31,070 nt of DNA from positions 1 to 31,070 of the IMG/VR virus record IMGVR_UViG_3300020042_003223; one strand, written 5' to 3'. Of the stretch, positions 7,835 through 14,940 are shown one piece after another. Under the pieces are notes generated by a model. It did no database searches. It saw only the letters and a program-made list of their open reading frames with translations, and had not been told where the DNA came from. The DNA comes from a virus (taxonomy: Duplodnaviria > Caudoviricetes). The translations under genes were made by a program, and so were the position numbers. Position 1 is the first letter of the stretch. Every line of letters starts with the position of its first letter.

Positions 7835-8062
7835 ATGACATCAAAAGAAAAAGCATTTGATTTAATAAGATTATACAGAAACATTGAATTTGATAATGGT
7901 GAAAATTGTTATTTAATGATTTCAATGAAAAACGCTAAACAATGTGCATTAATAGCAGTAGATGAGATAATAAAATGTGTAAATAATCCAGATGAGTATT
8001 ATTTAATGGAATATTCAATATTTTATTGGCAAGAAGTTAAAAAAGAAATAGAAGCATTATAG
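7835..8062 (+). CDS. Hypothetical phage protein
   Basis: 75 aa, AKQCALIAVDEI...YWQEVKKEIE; very AT-rich. Confidence 0.7.
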   Translation: MTSKEKAFDLIRLYRNIEFDNGENCYLMISMKNAKQCALIAVDEIIKCVNNPDEYYLMEYSIFYWQEVKKEIEAL

Positions 8063-8434
8063 ATGGGTAAGCATAATGGCTATAGGAACAGACGTAAATT
8101 CGAGATAGAAGAGGCTCGTAATGCTGATGGTACCTATCAAGCTATTAAGTTGTTTGCTAAGAACACTAAGATTTTAGTAATACAAATGCCTACAGCATTA
8201 TTAGATGGTTTTATGTGGTTAGAATATGAGAGAGATGGTCAGCCTTCTGGTATAGCTGATACAAGAGTTGAGTTCTTTGCTATTAACTTTGATTTAAGGA
8301 ATAGGATATACTTTATGAGGTCAGAATTGCTTAGAAAAAAGGCTCGTAGGTACTTTAGAGTCAACTTAACTAAGGTCGAAAATAACGTCAAATATGTCCA
8401 AGTTCCAGTAGATGAGATGATTCGTTATGTATAA
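8063..8434 (+). CDS. Hypothetical protein, possibly degenerate PD-(D/E)XK fold
   Basis: EYERDGQPSGIADT resembles a phage restriction-fold family motif; E-x-K catalytic motif not visible. Confidence 0.55.
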   Translation: MGKHNGYRNRRKFEIEEARNADGTYQAIKLFAKNTKILVIQMPTALLDGFMWLEYERDGQPSGIADTRVEFFAINFDLRNRIYFMRSELLRKKARRYFRVNLTKVENNVKYVQVPVDEMIRYV

Positions 8435-8451
8435 TATATGTAAATAAATTG

Positions 8452-8459
8452 TAACTTTG
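8452..8459 (+). promoter_or_regulatory. Bacteroidota sigma-A -7 element
   Basis: TAACTTTG (TAnnTTTG) in intergenic gap, 4 nt before ATG of 8464 (possibly leaderless mRNA). Confidence 0.55.
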
Positions 8460-8463
8460 ATTT

Positions 8464-8844
8464 ATGGCAACATATAAAACAGCTTCCGAGCTGACCAAAA
8501 TGATGATTGATTATTTAGGACATAGAGGGATGGAAGTATGGAGAAATAATAACCTTGCTGTAAAAGGAAGGGCATTTATTGGGAGGAAAGGAGTTCCAGA
8601 TATTATAGGTTATGATAGGAAACATGGTCAGTTTGTAGGATGCGAGATTAAGAAGTTAGGTGATAGGATTAGCCCAGAGCAGTTGACTTTTTTAACTCAG
8701 TTAGGATTAGCAGGAGGAGCAGCAATGTTATGTAGCCAGACATCAGATGAAACAATAAAATTAGAAATATTTAAAGATGGCGAAAGTAAAATCTGGAAGT
8801 GGAACGAGTCAAAAAAAGAGTTTTGGCAAGAGGAAAATAGGTAG
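8464..8844 (+). CDS. VRR-NUC domain nuclease / Holliday junction resolvase
   Basis: GVPDIIG...FVGCEIK...ISPEQLTFL PD-(D/E)XK VRR-NUC pattern. Confidence 0.85.
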   Translation: MATYKTASELTKMMIDYLGHRGMEVWRNNNLAVKGRAFIGRKGVPDIIGYDRKHGQFVGCEIKKLGDRISPEQLTFLTQLGLAGGAAMLCSQTSDETIKLEIFKDGESKIWKWNESKKEFWQEENR

Positions 8845-8908
8845 AGCAAAGAAATCTTATAACAAACATAGTCCGAAGCCTAAAAAATATAGGGGTCAAG
8901 GGCGATAA
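8777..8908 (+). CDS. Small highly basic protein ending KKYRGQGR, not in ORF track
   Basis: Manual translation MAKVKSGSGTSQKKSFGKRKIGRAKKSYNKHSPKPKKYRGQGR (43 aa); overlaps 3' end of VRR-NUC gene in another frame. Confidence 0.7.
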   Translation: MAKVKSGSGTSQKKSFGKRKIGRAKKSYNKHSPKPKKYRGQGR

Positions 8909-8918
8909 AAATTAAATT

Positions 8919-9104
8919 ATGGAAAACTTAGAATTAGAAAACAAAGAAGAGAAAGTAGTAAAAGCTAATAAGAAAGCTAAAGAGTTTGTATCTAACGAAA
9001 CAATACAGCTTATTGAAGACATCTTGAATGATGGAACTGTAGATTTCAAATGGAGAGAAGCCTTAAAAGCACAAGTAAAAAAATATAAAAAAGATGCAGA
9101 ATAA
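8919..9104 (+). CDS. Hypothetical protein
   Basis: 61 aa charged ORF, tight packing. Confidence 0.65.
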   Translation: MENLELENKEEKVVKANKKAKEFVSNETIQLIEDILNDGTVDFKWREALKAQVKKYKKDAE

Positions 9105-9303
9105 CTACGAGTACGATTCAGTCGTTGAGAATGTTATTAATCGTTTAAAAGATAGAGCAAGGATTGGTTATGAGAAATACGGAACTGACCTTGACAGAAA
9201 TGACCTAATAACAGAACAATGGATTGAACACGCTATAGAAGAGGCATTAGACTTTAGTCTTTACCTCACTAAGTTAAAAGAGCAAATGAAAAAAAGTTTA
9301 TAA
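9094..9303 (+). CDS. Small all-alpha phage protein (MazG/dUTPase-like fold suspected)
   Basis: R...G.EKYGT.LDR.DL...W..H..EE.LD...YL pattern with EExxD acidic motif. Confidence 0.6.
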   Translation: MQNNYEYDSVVENVINRLKDRARIGYEKYGTDLDRNDLITEQWIEHAIEEALDFSLYLTKLKEQMKKSL

Positions 9304-9321
9304 CAATAAAAACCAAACAAA

Positions 9322-9558
9322 ATGTCTAAATCAAAAGAACTCTACCTTGGGAGATGCTTTACACTAACAACAGCATTCGGTAGCTTAAGAAAAATCTCAT
9401 TAGGCCCACAAGACCTACAAAAATTAAATGACTTTGCAGCCGATAACAAAGGATGGGCTAACATCTTAGTAAAGATGAAGAAATCCTTTAATGCTGGTGA
9501 ATCAGATTTCTATGTGGAAATTGACCCATGGAAGCCAGATGGTGAAGTAAAAGAATAA
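9322..9558 (+). CDS. Putative ssDNA-binding protein (in-frame LPF tail lies beyond the stop)
   Basis: Small beta-rich ORF in replication module; TAA is followed in frame by TTA CCT TTC TAA (LPF), the typical SSB C-terminal tip. Confidence 0.55.
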   Translation: MSKSKELYLGRCFTLTTAFGSLRKISLGPQDLQKLNDFAADNKGWANILVKMKKSFNAGESDFYVEIDPWKPDGEVKE

Positions 9559-9580
9559 TTACCTTTCTAAATTAACTATT

Positions 9581-9763
9581 ATGAAAAATATACTTGAAGC
9601 CTTACTTGGAATGATTGCCTTAATGGTAATGTTGTATATACCTTTTGCCTTTTTAGTAGGCGAATGGAATCCAATAATATGGCATATTACTTTTAGAGGC
9701 TTGTATGTACTTTCTATTGCAGCAATAGTTACTTACGCCTTAAAGGAGTATAATAAAAAATAA
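9581..9763 (+). CDS. Small membrane protein (2 TM)
   Basis: Two hydrophobic segments in 60 aa; last gene of + arm. Confidence 0.65.
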   Translation: MKNILEALLGMIALMVMLYIPFAFLVGEWNPIIWHITFRGLYVLSIAAIVTYALKEYNKK

Positions 9764-9791
9764 AGTGTTGTGTTTTGTAGATAAATAGGTG

Positions 9792-9819
9792 GCCCTCCAT
9801 ATTCTTATGGGGGGTTTTT
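9792..9819 (+). terminator. Intrinsic terminator of + arm
   Basis: CCCTCCAT-ATTCTT-ATGGGGGG then TTTTT. Confidence 0.8.
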
Positions 9820-9826
9820 ATTTTAC

Positions 9827-9857
9827 AAAAAAAGCCCCAGATTTTAACCTGGAGCTT
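9827..9857 (-). terminator. Intrinsic terminator of - (late) arm
   Basis: On - strand AAGCTCCAG-GTTAAAAT-CTGGGGCTT then T run. Confidence 0.8.
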
Positions 9858-9893
9858 CCACCAAAACCAACCAAACACCTATGAGAGAGCATC

Positions 9894-10166
9894 TTAATTC
9901 TGTTTATTAGAACTATCATAAAATTTTGTCAATACTGTACCATAAAGCATTGCTTGGTATCTCATCACAAAACTTTCTATTGATTCTTTGACATAGAAGT
10001 AATCTTCGTTTGTCATATACACAAAGCATCTATCACTACCTTCATCATCTGCAGTTACACTTGCAACATAATTTATGTTAATGTAAGCATCTGATTCCTC
10101 GGAATTATCTTGAAAGTCGTAACTCTCATCTTCATCCTCTGTTAGTTGTATAATGTGCATTAACAT
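9894..10166 (-). CDS. Hypothetical acidic protein
   Basis: 90 aa D/E-rich ORF ending just before the - strand terminator. Confidence 0.7.
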   Translation of the reverse strand: MLMHIIQLTEDEDESYDFQDNSEESDAYININYVASVTADDEGSDRCFVYMTNEDYFYVKESIESFVMRYQAMLYGTVLTKFYDSSNKQN

Positions 10167-10287
10167 TTTTAATACTATTTTTTATTACGGTGAGTCTTAG
10201 TTCTCTAACAATTAAATCAAGTTTTGCTTCTAAGTTTGCTTTTTGCTGCATTAACTGGTTAATCTTTAGGTCTGTTTCTTTGTTCAT
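10132..10287 (-). CDS. Small coiled-coil protein (51 aa), not in ORF track
   Basis: MNKETDLKINQLMQQKANLEAKLDLIVRELRLTVIKNSIKNVNAHYTTNRG; heptad pattern; TAAATTTG element directly upstream (10289-10296). Confidence 0.55.
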   Translation of the reverse strand: MNKETDLKINQLMQQKANLEAKLDLIVRELRLTVIKNSIKNVNAHYTTNRG

Positions 10288-10382
10288 ACAAATTTACGAT
10301 TTAATTGATACTGAAATAAAAAGTGCATACCTTATTGATTATCAATACGATACACACTTTAAAAATATATACTAAACTAAAA

Positions 10383-11090
10383 TTACTTCTTAGGTAATCT
10401 TATTATTTTACTGCCTAATGGCATTGGTACAAATATAGCAACTCTTCCGCCATCTAACACCACTCCGCAACCCAATGTTGGTCTTTTGGGGAAAGGTCGT
10501 GAATATTCCATAGCATAAGCATCAATATCTATACCACAGCCTACGTTCATACCAAATATCATATCCTTATCAGATGCACTATAAAGAACACCACCAAAAC
10601 TATGGATATGACCTATAACAGTTGATTGTCTTGCATCTCTTGCTCTGTTGATTGCACCAGCTTGTCCAGAACTACCAGTGCCATGTGTATATAGAACACT
10701 ATCTATTTCCCATTCTAAGGCCCATTTCCAGCCTTTAGGAGCATCCCATGCTTGTTCGTATGATTTGATAAATCTCTCTGGTAAACCGCTTGTTTGAGCC
10801 TTTCTTTTATGTAGGGCTGAGTGGTTACCGATACAGACTTTAACATTTGGGAAAGTCTTGTACCATTTATACATAGCTTCTTGAGCTAAATCAGCTTCTC
10901 TTCCTGCTCCATGTCCATCTGGTTTTGATTCGTGATAAGAGATTGCGTGATTGTCTACTTCATCTCCGATATGTACTACTTCGGAGCACTGAAACTTGTT
11001 AGCCACTTCAAGGCAAAAGTTCCTATAAAGTGGATGACAGAATGGTTCGTGCGTATCTCCTATGACAAGCACATTTTTTTTAGATGCCAT
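10383..11090 (-). CDS. Calcineurin-like metallophosphoesterase
   Basis: GDTH, GDEVD, GNH, THG, GHIH metal-binding motifs. Confidence 0.92.
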   Translation of the reverse strand: MASKKNVLVIGDTHEPFCHPLYRNFCLEVANKFQCSEVVHIGDEVDNHAISYHESKPDGHGAGREADLAQEAMYKWYKTFPNVKVCIGNHSALHKRKAQTSGLPERFIKSYEQAWDAPKGWKWALEWEIDSVLYTHGTGSSGQAGAINRARDARQSTVIGHIHSFGGVLYSASDKDMIFGMNVGCGIDIDAYAMEYSRPFPKRPTLGCGVVLDGGRVAIFVPMPLGSKIIRLPKK

Positions 11091-11109
11091 ATTGGTTGGT
11101 TTGGTTTAT

Positions 11110-11568
11110 CTATTTATAAGGTGCATAGGCAGTCTTGCCGTTAACCTTAATTGCTTTCAAAACTTGCTTTCTATTCTTAGCTCCATTGTAAGAAACATGA
11201 ACCCAGTCTGGATTAGCAGATGTTCCAAACTCCCAAATCATTTGGTCAAAATCAAGATTTAACCTAATATAATCAAATACATCTTTATTAGTAACAGACC
11301 CTACGCCATCCATATCAATATCTACAGCTTTACCTTCACAATGCTGAGAACTTAAAGAACCTCCTATGTAATGATTTAATACTTTGCTTCTGTAACCAGA
11401 TGAGATGTTTATAGGGCCAAACTTTAATCTTATTGGCTCTAATACCTTTTCGCAAAGGACTATGATATTTTCTAAATGTGCAGGACTTGGTTGATTAGAT
11501 ACACCATGTCTTTTAGCTGATTCGCTACGAGTAAATTCTGATAATGTAAAGTTTGCAGTTAGTCTCAT
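11110..11568 (-). CDS. Endolysin, peptidase M15A family
   Basis: SGYRS, SQHCEGKAVD (H-x6-D), WVHVS zinc-peptidase motifs; next to small TM genes. Confidence 0.9.
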   Translation of the reverse strand: MRLTANFTLSEFTRSESAKRHGVSNQPSPAHLENIIVLCEKVLEPIRLKFGPINISSGYRSKVLNHYIGGSLSSQHCEGKAVDIDMDGVGSVTNKDVFDYIRLNLDFDQMIWEFGTSANPDWVHVSYNGAKNRKQVLKAIKVNGKTAYAPYK

Positions 11569-11579
11569 AGAGCACTAAA

Positions 11580-11774
11580 TTAGGATTTTTTATTAAACTG
11601 CTTTTTTAGGAACCCATACATCTGCATTCCTAACCATGCAATAGTCATTAAATAAACTATTGTTTGTAACATTGGATTAAAATTTACAAATCCAAATATG
11701 TTAAGCCAAGATACAGCTGTAAATGTGATTCCTATTGGAGTTAAATCTGTATTCAAATCGTTAAATTGTGACAT
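11580..11774 (-). CDS. Putative holin/antiholin
   Basis: 64 aa, two hydrophobic segments, basic C-terminus, directly upstream of endolysin. Confidence 0.6.
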   Translation of the reverse strand: MSQFNDLNTDLTPIGITFTAVSWLNIFGFVNFNPMLQTIVYLMTIAWLGMQMYGFLKKQFNKKS

Positions 11775-11776
11775 TG

Positions 11777-11977
11777 TTATTTCTTATTAAATATTGTTGT
11801 TACTACACTTGCTGATAATAAAGTGGCAGAGTACATAAGTAATGAATCGAAAGCTGTTTGAGACAATAACGCACAAAAGATGCCAATTATTGCACACAAT
11901 AAAGCTAAAATACCAGCTACTCTTTTTGAGCTAACTTCTTCACTACCAGAAAACATATCCTTTATAAACTTTATCAC
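11777..11977 (-). CDS. Putative holin
   Basis: 66 aa, SSKR followed by two TM segments, basic C-terminus. Confidence 0.6.
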   Translation of the reverse strand: MIKFIKDMFSGSEEVSSKRVAGILALLCAIIGIFCALLSQTAFDSLLMYSATLLSASVVTTIFNKK

Positions 11978-12570
11978 TTCTTACCTATTTTAAAATACAA
12001 GCTACCAGAGTAACTTATATTGTTATTTTTATTAATATTAAGATTAATGCCTATTAGAGCCTTATTTTTGGCATTTAGCATCAAACCAGGACTTAGTACT
12101 TCTAAGCCATTAGATTGGCTAAAATCGCCTCTTATGCCGTAAAAAAGCCTATACTTGGCTTTCTCTGCATAAAATTGCTTAACATAGATGGTTTTATTGG
12201 TAATCTTGGACTCAAAAGACCTCGACTTAATACTATTTTGGCTGATGGTATCATTAATCACAAAGATATTAGAATCTTGTTTAATAGTGTCAGAATAAGC
12301 CCTGCTTACGTTGTAATCGTACATGATAAAAGCAGTGTCATGAGTAGCAATGGTATCTGTAGCTATAATGACAAAAGGGATAGAATCCCCTTTTATGTAC
12401 GTTTTTCTGTACGTTTTTAAGTACACTGTATCATGTATCTCCTTAATCTTATTGTAGTTGCTCATATCACTAAAGTCAGCCTTTTTTTCTGTCTTATGAC
12501 ATGATTCATAGGCAAATACGCCTAAAAAAAAGAATCCAATGATAAGTATATAGTCTCTAATATGTTGCAT
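11974..12570 (-). CDS. Membrane-anchored lysis-cassette protein (spanin candidate)
   Basis: N-terminal TM followed by Cys, DTV/DTI repeats, C-terminal amphipathic beta strands; ATG at 12570 preferred over TTG 12579. Confidence 0.55.
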   Translation of the reverse strand: MQHIRDYILIIGFFFLGVFAYESCHKTEKKADFSDMSNYNKIKEIHDTVYLKTYRKTYIKGDSIPFVIIATDTIATHDTAFIMYDYNVSRAYSDTIKQDSNIFVINDTISQNSIKSRSFESKITNKTIYVKQFYAEKAKYRLFYGIRGDFSQSNGLEVLSPGLMLNAKNKALIGINLNINKNNNISYSGSLYFKIGKK

Positions 12571-12571
12571 A

Positions 12572-12976
12572 TTATACAAATGTAAATGGTGCAGTTCCTT
12601 TTAATGATATAGAATATGAGCCAGGACTTTCCAATGGGCCATTTAAGTCTATAGAAGCTACATAAACATCGGCATTAATAGTTACTGTTCCATCAGCGTT
12701 TACTATTTGGAACTTAACATTTAGCTTAGTTCGAGCAATTTGAGCATCTAATAAGTCCTTGTAATCATAAAAATCTCTTGTAATAAATCCATCAGCACTA
12801 ATATCAAACTCCATGTTCGTAGGTAGAAACTCTTTAAAGTTTCCAGAAACAGCAGTTGTAACCTCGATAAGAGATGAGCTTGTTGTAAATGAACAATTAG
12901 TAGAAGCTCCGTAAACATTATTAGCACCTACTGAATTATTATAAAGAACCATATTTGAACCAGATGTAATAGGCAT
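12572..12976 (-). CDS. Tail-tube-like paralog (tail tip)
   Basis: ASTNCSFTTSSSLIEVTT...FDISADG...YSISLKGT parallels the major tail protein AHSTSCSLSVSTDLPDAST...WSVTTDG...FSASFTGT. Confidence 0.7.
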   Translation of the reverse strand: MPITSGSNMVLYNNSVGANNVYGASTNCSFTTSSSLIEVTTAVSGNFKEFLPTNMEFDISADGFITRDFYDYKDLLDAQIARTKLNVKFQIVNADGTVTINADVYVASIDLNGPLESPGSYSISLKGTAPFTFV

Positions 12977-12988
12977 ATTAATTAATTT

Positions 12989-14938
12989 TTATTTTCTTGT
13001 ATTTATATTTTTGAATACATCAATATTTATTGTAGTACCATTATAGTTTATCTTTTTTAATATACACTCTTGTACTCCTTGTTTAAGATTCCATCTATAA
13101 GATTTTAACAAATAGGTATATGTATTAATATTATCATAAGAATATGTAAACTTACTATTTAGTGAATATCCTATGCTTTTAAATTGACCATCTATTACTA
13201 TTTGATTTTGTACTTGGTCTATTCCTATATCTTCAACAACTAATGTAAATATTTCAGTACTACCAGAACCATTACGACCAAATTGATTTGCAAATCCACC
13301 ATTTAAATCATCTGTGTACATACCAACATAAGAAGATGCTGAAACATCATCTGGCTGATTAGCTACTCTTGCTCCAGAATCATTGTTTTTAAAAATGTCA
13401 TTATACATAAAGCCTAATGAGTAGTTATCAGTTTCTTCTGGTTTAAATTCGGAGTTTTTACTTCCTATTTCTCTATAAGCATCATACGCATAAATTTGTG
13501 ATGAAGGCCCTACGTTTTGGCAGATAAAGTAGTAAAGCTGCAAGAATCCACCAGGATTAATCTGTAATGGTCTATAAATAATAAAATCTATTCTGCCATC
13601 AATAGGTACTAATATTTGTTTTGGAAATCCAACTGGATAACTATTTAAGTAATATGTTGTAGTTGTAAAAGTTCCAGTATTATCTAAATATTGAGCAGCA
13701 CTATTGTCATCTGGTATAATTCTAATCCAATATCTTGGAGTACAATCAAATGAATAATCTGACCATGATATAGTTAAGTAATCACCAGCTTTTACTGCGT
13801 TTCCAAATGACCTAATTGCTCTATTTGTTTCTGTAGCACTTGTGGTTAAATCATCGGTAAATAAACCACCAGAAGTAGCGTCATATTTACTTGCAACCAT
13901 ACCAGTTTCAAGCCAACTATCTACATTGTTAGTTCCAGACCAAGATAAAAACCATCCATTAGATACAAGTTGTTTTACGTTGTATATAGGACTAAACTGA
14001 GTATATGACTTTTGTGCTCTATTAAAGCTAATCATTAAAGACTCTCCTATTTCTTTAAAGTTGTTTCCATCATCTATTCCTACTGTTGTTGTATTATTTA
14101 CAGTTTGTGTGGACTGATAAGTACCAGCACTATTGTAAACATAATAAGCAATAGATGTTTCTCTTGTTAATGCACCGTATGAAGTTAAATACCATTTATC
14201 ATCTTTGTAATAGCATTCCCATCCAAATCTGTTACATAGATATTCTAAAATATTATAATAGCTTAGATATTCTCCATATTGCTCCATTAAATAGTTCTTT
14301 TTCAAGTACATATTTTCTATGTTTCTTGAAGCTATATTAGCTGTTTTGTAATATTCATTTATCCAAACATCTAAACTAAATTCAGTTTTTTGGAAACAAT
14401 CAATTAACAAATCCTTAATACTTACTCTTTCTTCTGCAAAAAATCCAATACCATTAGTAAGGTTAAAGTAATATTTTTTGTTTTTAGTTCTTGATAAACC
14501 ATCAACAAAGGTTAAGCTGAACTCATTAGTTCCGACTGCTGAATATTGAATACTATCAACTGGTAAAAAGAAGCCTCTAAATATAGTTGAAGTCCAAGTA
14601 TAAGTAGAATAGTTATAAGTACCCTTGCTAATAACAATCATAAAATCATTATCATCAGCATTAAAGAAGTCATTTAACAGCTCAAAATAGTTAGTTGCTT
14701 GATTATAGTTCTTTAGTATATTTAAAGTCAACCTTGAAGACATAATAGGGGTATAAGCATTACCTTCTGTATCTATGGTTTCAATAGAAATTGGACTTTC
14801 TGTACCAGTAATAGGATAAATAGTGCCGCTTGAATAACCATCTTTAAATATCTGTGCTCTATACACATTGATTGTTCCAAATGTTGGTTGGAAAACATCG
14901 TTAAATATTAGTTCGTATTTTGGATTTATAAACGCCAT
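12989..14938 (-). CDS. Tail tip / baseplate hub protein
   Basis: 649 aa beta-rich protein directly downstream of tape measure gene. Confidence 0.65.
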   Translation of the reverse strand: MAFINPKYELIFNDVFQPTFGTINVYRAQIFKDGYSSGTIYPITGTESPISIETIDTEGNAYTPIMSSRLTLNILKNYNQATNYFELLNDFFNADDNDFMIVISKGTYNYSTYTWTSTIFRGFFLPVDSIQYSAVGTNEFSLTFVDGLSRTKNKKYYFNLTNGIGFFAEERVSIKDLLIDCFQKTEFSLDVWINEYYKTANIASRNIENMYLKKNYLMEQYGEYLSYYNILEYLCNRFGWECYYKDDKWYLTSYGALTRETSIAYYVYNSAGTYQSTQTVNNTTTVGIDDGNNFKEIGESLMISFNRAQKSYTQFSPIYNVKQLVSNGWFLSWSGTNNVDSWLETGMVASKYDATSGGLFTDDLTTSATETNRAIRSFGNAVKAGDYLTISWSDYSFDCTPRYWIRIIPDDNSAAQYLDNTGTFTTTTYYLNSYPVGFPKQILVPIDGRIDFIIYRPLQINPGGFLQLYYFICQNVGPSSQIYAYDAYREIGSKNSEFKPEETDNYSLGFMYNDIFKNNDSGARVANQPDDVSASSYVGMYTDDLNGGFANQFGRNGSGSTEIFTLVVEDIGIDQVQNQIVIDGQFKSIGYSLNSKFTYSYDNINTYTYLLKSYRWNLKQGVQECILKKINYNGTTINIDVFKNINTRK

Positions 14939-14940
14939 TA

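Noticed and set aside
9556-9558. Genome-wide stop codon reassignment
   Set aside because: Long genes are intact in code 11 and most end in TAA with tight coupling; only this one TAA looks premature
10383-11090. Metallophosphoesterase as an anti-CBASS nuclease
   Set aside because: Only generic calcineurin-like motifs are visible; substrate cannot be inferred and such genes are common beside lysis cassettes
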